From: Thermoprotei archaeon
GTDB taxonomy: Archaea; Thermoproteota; Thermoprotei_A; Marsarchaeales; Marsarchaeaceae
DNA: 64,000 bases
Assembly (NCBI GenBank): GCA_038883995.1
Contig: JAVZLA010000002.1
Coordinates: 5,261 to 69,260, forward strand
Direction of reading: 5' to 3'
In this document: positions 47,960-56,379 of the stretch, piece by piece
How the letters are laid out: each line of letters starts with the position of its first letter
Numbering within the stretch: the stretch's first letter is position 1
The notes under the pieces: generated by a model
What the model saw: the letters and a program-made list of their open reading frames with translations, nothing else
The model's database searches: none
What the model was told of the DNA's origin: nothing
Position numbers and translations under genes: made by a program

Positions 47960-48865
47960 GTGAAGGCCACTCGAACTGCATTTACTCAGAAACTTTTTCC
48001 TCCTGTTTTAGTCGTGGGACTGGGCTTTGGATTCTACTGGTTCGCCTACTTTCAGTTAGAAGCGGGTCAGCCAGCTAACGGCTTTCTCGCTGCATATTCG
48101 ACTCTGGTATTCTGGGTCGGCGTGATGTCTGTCCTAGCCTGGACGTGGTTGCGAGAGCCGATCGCCACGTTCATTCGACCGAAAACTCGGCGTAGAGCGA
48201 TAGCAGCTTTTTCCTCGTATCTTCCAGTTCACTTGGTTGTCTACGGCCTGCTGTTGGAAAGAGTCTTAGCGGGTCTCTTTGGGTACCCGGGCGGTATACA
48301 CTCTTACGAGTTGTACGTAACTTATTCGCCCGTTTATCCTGTGAACGTTCTGAACGCTTTTCTCGGGTTGGTCGTCACACCGAGTGTCTCGCTTGTTCTG
48401 CCTCCAACATACGGGCTGGACCTTGCCGCATACTCGTTTGCCATGGCGTTGATCATAGCGGTTCTTGTCGCCGGAAACGTAGCAGCCCTTAAGACGGTTG
48501 GCTCCTCTTGTTCGACGAAGCGAAGCAGTCTGACTTACCTGGGTCTTCCAGTTTTAGGGGTAGTGACCGGGGCGTCTTGCTGTCTTTCGGTTCCAATCTT
48601 ACTGGACATCGCCGTGCCGGCGGCCGGTTCGCTGCTGCTCACCACTCCAGTCGCATATCTGGCATACTTGGTCTTTCCGTCGGCAACAGCACTTGCTCTT
48701 AAACAGAACTTCAATTTACTTACAAGGATATCTACCCGGATGAACGGGTCACTTGCAGCAATTGGGGGTAAGATTCCCTTTGCGCAGGGGAAAACCGCTG
48801 AATCCACTTCCAGGCTTGAACGTTTAAAAGATCCCGAACACGCCGAAGAATTCGGGCGACAGTAG
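47960..48865 (+). CDS. polytopic membrane protein (hypothetical) with a paired-Cys motif
   Basis: About 8 hydrophobic segments. TGASCCLSVP lies in a predicted TM helix. GTG start with a TATA-like GTATAAAC about 30 nt upstream. Confidence 0.5.
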   Translation: MKATRTAFTQKLFPPVLVVGLGFGFYWFAYFQLEAGQPANGFLAAYSTLVFWVGVMSVLAWTWLREPIATFIRPKTRRRAIAAFSSYLPVHLVVYGLLLERVLAGLFGYPGGIHSYELYVTYSPVYPVNVLNAFLGLVVTPSVSLVLPPTYGLDLAAYSFAMALIIAVLVAGNVAALKTVGSSCSTKRSSLTYLGLPVLGVVTGASCCLSVPILLDIAVPAAGSLLLTTPVAYLAYLVFPSATALALKQNFNLLTRISTRMNGSLAAIGGKIPFAQGKTAESTSRLERLKDPEHAEEFGRQ

Positions 48866-49819
48866 TTGTCCTACTGGAGGAATATCGCACTGATCATAGT
48901 CTTGGCTCTTGTTCTGGCTGGATTCTGGTTTGTCGAAGACAAGCTGAACCCGACGTCAAACTCCCAAAATGGCTGCTCGCTTGGATCACTCGCGTTGCCG
49001 GATGTCACAGTTGAAACAAGCGTTCAGCCGGACGCTTCCAAGCTCGGACAATCCTCGGGCCCGTCGCTGCAACTTGTTGTTTCAGGCTACTACTCCAATT
49101 ACACATCCGTCGAAGCCAACATAGCCGGCTCCATCAAACGTTCTTCGGAGGTCTACTCGCAGGCTCTCAGAATCAACATCACAGGGCCAGCGAACCAATC
49201 GGTCAACCTAAGCCTCAAGGGTGAGCCTGCAGGCTCCTACGCAACATTTTCCCCTAACCCGGTTAAGACAGACAGCTCAGGGCATGCGACAGCGACGCTG
49301 TTCCTATACGGCATCGCCACGTCGACTACTGGCTCTCAAAAGAAGAGCCTGACTGTTGTGGCGTCGGAGCCAAATGGGTCTGCGTCCATAACACTGCAAG
49401 CTTCTGTAACTGAGCCATACGTATACGGTGTCTCGCATCCAGGTGCATTGCGCTTGGGGACAGCTGTGGAATCCGAGTGTTCGGGCGGGTTTCTGCTATA
49501 TGGACTGGTGTTTATACCCCCTGATAGTGTTGGTTCCTCGTCATCATTCATCCCGATGAGCCTGAAAGTAGTTGGCGTATACGACGGAACCAAAGTCGCC
49601 CCGCTTCCTTCCTGGCTAAACGTCTCCTTCCAGCCTAACGAAACCATTCTGAGGGCTTACACATTGAGCTTCATTACACTGCTGGAATCGAACAGGTTTC
49701 AGGCACCTAGCGGGTCAGCGAGCTACATTTCCACAGTCACGCTGGCAATAAACGAATCAATAGCTGGACATTCGTACATTGTGCCCGTAAACCTTTCACT
49801 TGTACCAGCCTTCGACTAG
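48866..49819 (+). CDS. secreted or anchored beta-rich protein (hypothetical, Ig-like domain)
   Basis: N-terminal signal anchor, then beta-strand-rich sequence with N-x-S/T sequons. It starts immediately after the stop of 47960..48865. Confidence 0.5.
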   Translation: MSYWRNIALIIVLALVLAGFWFVEDKLNPTSNSQNGCSLGSLALPDVTVETSVQPDASKLGQSSGPSLQLVVSGYYSNYTSVEANIAGSIKRSSEVYSQALRINITGPANQSVNLSLKGEPAGSYATFSPNPVKTDSSGHATATLFLYGIATSTTGSQKKSLTVVASEPNGSASITLQASVTEPYVYGVSHPGALRLGTAVESECSGGFLLYGLVFIPPDSVGSSSSFIPMSLKVVGVYDGTKVAPLPSWLNVSFQPNETILRAYTLSFITLLESNRFQAPSGSASYISTVTLAINESIAGHSYIVPVNLSLVPAFD

Positions 49820-50028
49820 ATGCAAGCTGCAGGTTACCGCAATCCACTGAACCTACACCTCCTCCGCGTGTCACGGTTTCAAGTGCACGAGAATGATAGA
49901 ACCGCCACCGAAGTTCAGATCCTTTTTGAGGAAAGAAGAGCCGCGCGAAAACTGCTGAACGCCGCCGCTGAGACCGCTTCTATTTCGAACTAAGTCTTGT
50001 CCGGCACTCGGCTCATGCCTAAGCGTAC

Positions 50029-50457
50029 TCAGCCGGCAACTTTGCCACCCTCAGAAGTTTCTGGTTTAACTCTGACGTAGACACCGTCCCTTCCTGTCAC
50101 AGTTACGGTTTCACCTTCTTTCAACTCCACTTCGCTGTACGCCGACCAAGTCTGGTACCCGATTTTTACGATTCCAGGTGAACCGGGCTTGATGAGTTTG
50201 ACAACGACAGCTGTCTTACCCACCAGCTGGTCGTCCATATACCTCATAGGCTGAATCTCTTCGGTAAGCTTTACAAACGCTATTGCACCAGCCGAAATAA
50301 AGAGAAGGAAGGCCAGAGCCGCCGCTTCTACTATATGATACCTTGACCACTCATACGCCGAAACCACGCCAGCCACGACCAAGATGCCTTCTAGCAGCGA
50401 GCCGCCCACCCCCCATCTGGCGAGCGATAAGAGTCCGACGCTATTGCTGCGGCTCAT
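50029..50457 (-). CDS. short NfeD-family membrane protein (OB-fold C-terminal domain)
   Basis: Two TM helices followed by GKTAVVVKLIKPGSPGIVKIGYQTWSAYSEVELKEGETVTVTGRDGVYVRV (NfeD C-terminal OB fold). I chose ATG 50457 rather than the Arg-rich track start at 50553. Confidence 0.6.
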   Translation of the reverse strand: MSRSNSVGLLSLARWGVGGSLLEGILVVAGVVSAYEWSRYHIVEAAALAFLLFISAGAIAFVKLTEEIQPMRYMDDQLVGKTAVVVKLIKPGSPGIVKIGYQTWSAYSEVELKEGETVTVTGRDGVYVRVKPETSEGGKVAG

Positions 50458-50623
50458 TCGACTCCTGCGCAGGTAAGGTTGATATCGCTTATAAGCGCCG
50501 CTGAAAACCTTGAACCGCCGCCGCAGCCAGCAAAATGAGGTGGAGGCTTTCAATCTTGTTTAAAACGCTTAAAAGGTAATAGAGTTTTGTCCATCTTTCC
50601 GGTATTAGGTTGGCGAAAACCAA

Positions 50624-50917
50624 ATGGTGTCACTAGCGGCTATTGCGGCCTTAGGTGCATCTATAGGTGTAGGAGCAGTTTCGGCGGTGCACGGGAACCC
50701 GGTTCTGGCCTCACATGCGGCGCCACCGGGACTTTCTGTTGCACTGTCAAGGGTACCTACATGGACTCACGCCCACGAGGTCCTGGCTCAGAACCTTTCG
50801 AAGTACGCGGCCGGAGCAACCGGAGGCGGAGGGGTCGCGAGCGGGCTCGGAGTTGGCCTAAAGAAGGCTGGGGCCAAAGCAGCAGCCTCTCATGCAAGGG
50901 CAGTAAAGGCTAGGTAA
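50624..50917 (+). CDS. small Ala/Gly-rich protein with a hydrophobic N-terminus (hypothetical)
   Basis: 97-aa ORF. The overlapping 50587..50913 frame is Arg/Cys-rich and less plausible. A T6 tract follows. Confidence 0.3.
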   Translation: MVSLAAIAALGASIGVGAVSAVHGNPVLASHAAPPGLSVALSRVPTWTHAHEVLAQNLSKYAAGATGGGGVASGLGVGLKKAGAKAAASHARAVKAR

Positions 50918-50944
50918 ACCCACTGCGCCTAACCTCCCCTTCAC

Positions 50945-50950
50945 TTTTTT
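50945..50950 (+). terminator. oligo-T tract (TTTTTT), archaeal-type terminator
   Basis: T6 lies 28 nt after the stop of 50624..50917. Confidence 0.3.
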
Positions 50951-51050
50951 ACAAACAAAAACAAGACCGCCCGACTCTCCTTCTTCTGGTTCAACTCTTT
51001 TATTTTACTCATGCAAACCTCAACCCACCGAACGGGGACTTGACGCCGAG

Positions 51051-52265
51051 ATGGAGATGTATCGCAGCGATTCGTCGAACAGTTTGATAACTACACTGTT
51101 CGTCATGCGTACCATAAACTCGCTGGGATGGTCTTCAACAATGCCTTTCTTCGCGGTGTACTTGGAGAACTCAAGGCACACTCCGCTTTCACTGATCGGA
51201 GTATCCTACCTTCTCTCGGGGGCTCTGACACTGGTCAGTCAGCTCGCTGGTGGAAGACTTACCGACTTGTATGGGTCCAAGCCGATAATGCTCTTCGGCT
51301 ACGTCTCCTCGATCGTTTCTTCCGCGTTTACAGGGTACCTCATATATGAGAACTCGAACGTGCTGCTCCTGCTCACCCTCTATCCGTTGTTTTCTCTTCT
51401 ACGGGGAGTATCTAACCCTGCTACCTCCGCGCTCCTCGCAGCCCAACCACGCAAATCTATGGTGCAGACAGGGTTCTCGCTCCAAACGATGGGTGGAAAC
51501 CTAGGCTTCGGGTTTGGGCCTGCGCTCGGAGGGTTTCTCGCAGACAGGTTGGGCTACGCGGCCGTGTTCGCTCTAAGTGCGTCAACAGCAGCGACGGCTA
51601 CGATTATAACACTGGTCAAAGTTCACGCTTCCTCAACGCCGGAACTTTCATCCGGCAGCCATGTTCCAAGAGCCCTTCCGGATAAGTGGACGGCGGTGCT
51701 ATTGCTCGAGGTTTTCGGATGCTATCTGGTCAACGGGTTCACGTATACTACACTTTCCCTTTTCGCTGCAGGATTCAGGCATACAAGCAACCAGGAACTT
51801 GGATACCTGTTTGCCACCAATGGTTTCACCATAGTTGCTCTGCAGCTGCCTCTTATGAGGCTGATAGATAGAGCGAACCTGACCAAGGTTTCCCCGGGGA
51901 TAGGTGTGGCACTAACGGGTCTAGCATATCTGCTGGTTGCTGGCGCTAAAGGGTTCTTCGGCCTCGAATACGCGATGCTTGTGTCAACGCTAGGCGAGAT
52001 CTTGATTTCTGTACCTTCGCAACTCCTCGTCACAGCCAAGTCTCAGGCAGGTAACAGAGGAGTATACCAGGGGTATTATGCGGCTTCCTCGACGTTGGGC
52101 AGATCGCTTTCCAACTTTATCGGGCCGTCCGTATTGGGAATCTACGAATCGCAGCCAGGACTGGCGTGGTACGCGGCCTTTGGAGCAGGTCTGTTCGTTG
52201 CGGCCTCTTATTTCGCATCCTATCGCCAAGTTGTCTCACAGTCCGCTCCGGCCACTTCCCTGTGA
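51051..52265 (+). CDS. MFS transporter
   Basis: 12 hydrophobic segments and a GGRLTDLYG loop between TM2 and TM3. Confidence 0.75.
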   Translation: MEMYRSDSSNSLITTLFVMRTINSLGWSSTMPFFAVYLENSRHTPLSLIGVSYLLSGALTLVSQLAGGRLTDLYGSKPIMLFGYVSSIVSSAFTGYLIYENSNVLLLLTLYPLFSLLRGVSNPATSALLAAQPRKSMVQTGFSLQTMGGNLGFGFGPALGGFLADRLGYAAVFALSASTAATATIITLVKVHASSTPELSSGSHVPRALPDKWTAVLLLEVFGCYLVNGFTYTTLSLFAAGFRHTSNQELGYLFATNGFTIVALQLPLMRLIDRANLTKVSPGIGVALTGLAYLLVAGAKGFFGLEYAMLVSTLGEILISVPSQLLVTAKSQAGNRGVYQGYYAASSTLGRSLSNFIGPSVLGIYESQPGLAWYAAFGAGLFVAASYFASYRQVVSQSAPATSL

Positions 52266-52343
52266 GGTTGATTGAAGCGGCCGCTACGAACCGTTGCAGA
52301 TGCAGTTGTTTTGAACCTGATATCTAAAGCGACAGCCCCAGCC

Positions 52344-54077
52344 TCAGAGTACAGGCAGGAATCTTGGTTCCGTGTTGCCTGGCTGCAAAGAGCCCTCAAT
52401 AGGTATCTGCGTAGAGCAGACCTGGCAGCGGTTATGGTTGTCTAGGTTCCAGGCGGTTATCGCATACCCGTGTCTTCCCACAACTAGGGCGCCGCATCCG
52501 TGGCAGTAAGTGTTTTCGTACCTGTGACCTGGAACGTTTCCGATGTAGACGTATTTCAGCCCAATCTTCTTCGCAACTGAGTAATGTTTTTCGAGGGTTT
52601 CTACTGGTGTTAAGGGGAAATCCATCATTTTGTAATCTGGGTGAAACCTGAGGAAGTGGACGGGAACAAATTCGCCCAAGTTGTCGTACACCCATCTGCA
52701 CAGTTTTTCACAGGCTTCAAGGCTGTCGCCCACCTGTGGCACAATCAGGTCAGTTACCTCAAGGTGAATGTTACTTTGTCTCTTACATTCGAGAAGTGTG
52801 CTGAAAACAGGCTCAGCGTCTGGGATACCTATGTATCTCTGAACAAACTTCTTTTCGCCGCTACCCTTGAAATCTACCGTCAGGCAGTCCAGGAATCTAC
52901 GCATCTCTCCCACTCCTTCGGGTGTGTCGTATCCGTTTGAAACAAATATGTTGAACAGGCCACGTTTCCTTGCCTCTAAGCCTATGTCGCGCGCGAACTC
53001 CATAAAAATGGATGGTTCGTTGTAAGTGTAGGCTATTCCCTGGCATCCCAGCTCAAACGCGTAAGAAGCGATACGGAGAGGAGTTGCCTCTGCGCCTTCG
53101 ACCTTACGCCACTGGCTGATGTCGCTGTTTTGGCAGTACCTGCAGTTATGCACGAGCAGGCCGTCGGCCACAAAATTGTGGTGCGGCGTGCATTCAATCG
53201 AGTAAACTGTAGTCACTTCGCCGGTCCTTTCAACGGCGCTCACCCGCTTCCACGTCAGCGGTGGGGAAACGATTTCAGCTTTCACGGATTCGTGCCGGCT
53301 CAAACGTTTTTCGGCACGCACTGTTATAGTGGCTGTGCGCAGCTTCTGCGTCTGGGTCTGTGATCCCGCGCTAGGTAATCTCTGCCGACCGGAAGCCTGC
53401 GGTGGTCTGCTTTCGATCTCCCACTGCTCTGAGCTCGACGCAGTTGAGGCTTCAGCGTGTCCGCTAACCCCTGAAAACCAAGAGACTGTCTCCTTTGGTC
53501 CACCAGTTTTGCCGACGCCTCCATACAGGTTGCCAGCAGAAGTCGAAAGAACATGCATGTTTGAAGTCAGCTTCGAAGCTTCAACCCATCCGTGCTCGGT
53601 GTACACAGGGTGGTCGCCTGTGAGAAACGCCGATTCGCAGCCATCCTCGCCGTACCTGAGTTCCCATAGTTCCGCGATCCTTTTTCCCAAGCCTGTTACC
53701 ACGCTAGCGCAAGGCTGGCCGGAACGGAGGTCAACTGACACCACAGAGTTCCCTGTGCTTATGTGGTCTATGCGCCTGAATGAGCCGGTTGAGAGAAGTA
53801 CCTTTGACCACGCTGGGTGGCAAAGCCAGTTGCATCCCGTTGTAGACAGAGAAAAAATCTTTGATCCAGGTTTGTAATGTAGTACGGGCTTCTTTTCAAT
53901 TGGGTCAACGTGTGCCGCCGAAACCCTTCCATATGCCAGCAGATACAGCCTGCCGTCCATGTTTTGGCGGATGCCGCACAAGCCTGTTTGCCCGTTGTCT
54001 AGGCGGCAAAGCCTGGCACAGGCCAAGCAGGTTACTTTGCCGTCAGATTGAACTCTGTACAGTTGGGCCTCTTGCAT
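52344..54077 (-). CDS. amrS: AmmeMemoRadiSam-system radical SAM enzyme (AmrS; PflA-like), interrupted by an in-frame intein
   Basis: Exteins: ...DGKVTCLACARLCRLDNGQTGLCGIRQN...VDPIEKKPVLHYKPGSKIFSLSTTGCNWL | CRYCQNSDISQWR... The spliced product restores GCNWLCRYCQN (CX3CX2C). Confidence 0.85.
   Translation of the reverse strand: MQEAQLYRVQSDGKVTCLACARLCRLDNGQTGLCGIRQNMDGRLYLLAYGRVSAAHVDPIEKKPVLHYKPGSKIFSLSTTGCNWLCHPAWSKVLLSTGSFRRIDHISTGNSVVSVDLRSGQPCASVVTGLGKRIAELWELRYGEDGCESAFLTGDHPVYTEHGWVEASKLTSNMHVLSTSAGNLYGGVGKTGGPKETVSWFSGVSGHAEASTASSSEQWEIESRPPQASGRQRLPSAGSQTQTQKLRTATITVRAEKRLSRHESVKAEIVSPPLTWKRVSAVERTGEVTTVYSIECTPHHNFVADGLLVHNCRYCQNSDISQWRKVEGAEATPLRIASYAFELGCQGIAYTYNEPSIFMEFARDIGLEARKRGLFNIFVSNGYDTPEGVGEMRRFLDCLTVDFKGSGEKKFVQRYIGIPDAEPVFSTLLECKRQSNIHLEVTDLIVPQVGDSLEACEKLCRWVYDNLGEFVPVHFLRFHPDYKMMDFPLTPVETLEKHYSVAKKIGLKYVYIGNVPGHRYENTYCHGCGALVVGRHGYAITAWNLDNHNRCQVCSTQIPIEGSLQPGNTEPRFLPVL
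53145..53822 (-). mobile_element. mini-intein (226 aa, no recognisable homing-endonuclease domain) inside amrS
   Basis: It starts with Cys (CHPAWSKVLLSTG...), has block B LTGDHPVY, and has terminal blocks VYSIECTPHHNFVADGLLVHN followed by a +1 Cys. The central 90 aa or so are low-complexity S/T/Q/G-rich. Confidence 0.8.
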
Positions 54078-54181
54078 CCACAGTCATATTGTATTAAGCC
54101 AGATTTATGGTTTCGGAGCATCGTCGAAAGCAGCGATTACCTACAAGCGCTCAAGACAGGAAAATCATTTTTTGCAAGTGT

Positions 54182-54742
54182 TTACTCAATTATAGTAGCT
54201 GTGAACCTGTAGACCTGAATGGGTTCACGCCGCCAGGCGCCGGGGCTAAGCCCCGCCTTGACGCACACGGCGTCCAAAAGTTCAGTTGCCCCCCACCCCA
54301 TTTCCGTAGCCACCTGCGGTAAAAGTATGGCGCTTCTACTTCCGCTCTTGACCTGAACACCGTGGACTCCTGGAACTATTACACGGTCTATGTTTTCTTT
54401 ATCTTCGAGACGCAGCGCTTCCATTCTGTCAAGCACTGTGACCTCGAATTCACATCTATCGACTTCTTGCGGTGAAAGAGGCGGAAACCTGGGGTCGAAG
54501 AAAGCGGCCTGTCTTGCGGCTTCCCAGACTGCTTGAAGTAGGGGAAGCTTACCGTTAAGAACACCCATGCACCCGCGAAGCTTCCCAGATTCCTTAATGG
54601 TGACGAACACTCCGGTCGGCACAACTGTACCGGCCGAACTCAGCTTGCTGCCGCCTAAGCCAAGATAACATAATACAGCGTTCCTCGCTGTCTCAAGAAT
54701 AAGTCGCCGTTCAAAGGAAGGCTTGGAGATTTCCGCGACCAT
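54182..54742 (-). CDS. amrA: AMMECR1-domain protein (AmmeMemoRadiSam system protein A)
   Basis: GVFVTIKESGKLRGCMG signature. It lies immediately upstream of amrS on the same strand. Confidence 0.85.
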   Translation of the reverse strand: MVAEISKPSFERRLILETARNAVLCYLGLGGSKLSSAGTVVPTGVFVTIKESGKLRGCMGVLNGKLPLLQAVWEAARQAAFFDPRFPPLSPQEVDRCEFEVTVLDRMEALRLEDKENIDRVIVPGVHGVQVKSGSRSAILLPQVATEMGWGATELLDAVCVKAGLSPGAWRREPIQVYRFTATIIE

Positions 54743-54836
54743 ATCTTACAGGACACCAATAACGCGGAGGCAGACTTAAACCTTAGACACCCTCAATCTA
54801 AGCCGATTAAGCAAGAATCGTGAACTGTCCACCCCA

Positions 54837-55058
54837 TTATATTTTTCTACGCACTCCGGGCTTAATGGCATACGCCGTGTAGTCCACTAACCGTATGTCG
54901 AATCCCAGGCCTCGAAGCTCATTCACCCTTTCAGTCCAGTGTGTTTTGTCGTCGAACTCCTCGATGAGTTCCGTTACAGGGCCCTCGACGGCTACGCCCA
55001 GCTCAAGCGTCTGAACTTCTCTTCGAACGTGAACGATTCTGTAACTCTTATCCGGCAT
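54837..55058 (-). CDS. small hypothetical protein
   Basis: 73-aa ORF with balanced composition and no recognised motif. Confidence 0.35.
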   Translation of the reverse strand: MPDKSYRIVHVRREVQTLELGVAVEGPVTELIEEFDDKTHWTERVNELRGLGFDIRLVDYTAYAIKPGVRRKI

Positions 55059-55160
55059 CAGAGGAGTTTACCTCAACAGTATACTAAGTTTTTTCGTCCA
55101 ATGGGATACGCCGTCATAGTTTAACTAGGCGCCGCACATAACGCGTCTGAGTGACAAGGT

Positions 55161-56240
55161 TTGAATGGTCGTCGTGCCCGTGAACTGGGTGTGCCGTTTC
55201 ATGGCGATACTGGCCCAAAGAATGGATTAACCGACGTTCCCGGGGTTGAGGTTGGGCAAACTACGCTTTGGTTCGACACGGAACGCGACGGAAAACCGGT
55301 TTCCGTGAGAACAGGGGTGACTGCTGTGCTTCCGAAAGGTAAACGAAGCAGGGGCTCAGGAGTGTTCGCAGGATGTTCTGTGCTTAACGGGTGCGGGGAG
55401 ATGACTGGAACCCATTGGCTGGAAGAGTCTGGCTTTCTCTATGGTCCGGTTGTAACGACCAACACATATAGCGTTGGCACTGCGAGGGACGCGGTGGTAC
55501 GCTGGGCTTCTACGCTTGATTTTGAAACAGGAGGGCTGCCCGTGGTCGCCGAAACATGGGATGGCTATCTTAACGACATCGAAGGCTTCCACGTTAAACA
55601 GGAACACATCTTTCATGCGCTTGACTCCGCTCATGGGGGCTTGGTCGAAGAGGGCTGCGTGGGTGGGGGGACAGGAATGATATGTTACGGGTTCAAAGCA
55701 GGAATAGGTACAAGCAGCAGGGTCGTAAAGGTCGAAGAAACGGACGTGAAAGAGTACACTGTGGGGGTGCTCGTACAGGCGAACCAGGGGCGAAGAGAGC
55801 AGCTTACTGTCGCCGGAGTCCCTGTAGGCAGGGAACTTTCGAGCGGATTGGTCCATTCAGATTCTGGTTCGATAATTGTCGTAGTGGCCACTGATGCGCC
55901 TCTGCTTCCGCATCAGCTGAAGCGGCTATCAAGAAGGGTGTCTCTGGGTCTGGCAAGGACCGGAAGCATTTCTGCCAATTCCTCAGGTGATATTTTCATC
56001 GCTTTTTCCACGGCCTTCGAGGAACCGGCGGCAAAAGGTCTGTACAGTAATGTTTCCTTCATTTCGAATTCTTCGATAAATCCTCTGTTTGAAGCTGTTG
56101 TGGACGCTACTGAAGAGGCAATCGTCAACTCACTTGTGGCTGCGAAGACAACTTCAGGAAACAAGGGCAGAACAGTTGAAGAGCTGCCGAAGGCCACGCT
56201 TGTCGAACTACTTAGGAAACACGGACGGCTGAACTCCTAG
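55161..56240 (+). CDS. DmpA/S58 (P1) family aminopeptidase
   Basis: GLTDVPGVEVGQTT, and GGGTGMICYGFKAGIGTSS covering the self-processing and nucleophile region. Confidence 0.8.
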   Translation: MNGRRARELGVPFHGDTGPKNGLTDVPGVEVGQTTLWFDTERDGKPVSVRTGVTAVLPKGKRSRGSGVFAGCSVLNGCGEMTGTHWLEESGFLYGPVVTTNTYSVGTARDAVVRWASTLDFETGGLPVVAETWDGYLNDIEGFHVKQEHIFHALDSAHGGLVEEGCVGGGTGMICYGFKAGIGTSSRVVKVEETDVKEYTVGVLVQANQGRREQLTVAGVPVGRELSSGLVHSDSGSIIVVVATDAPLLPHQLKRLSRRVSLGLARTGSISANSSGDIFIAFSTAFEEPAAKGLYSNVSFISNSSINPLFEAVVDATEEAIVNSLVAAKTTSGNKGRTVEELPKATLVELLRKHGRLNS

Positions 56241-56379
56241 CTTCTGCACAACAATGACCATCCTTGAACTGGCGCCGAAACGCGGTGAACCAGTTTACAT
56301 CTGTGCTAATCTTATACGTGGCACCGAGACGTTCGATGGAAGGGTTGTTGTAGCTGTATGCTTCAGATGCAGCTTGTAG

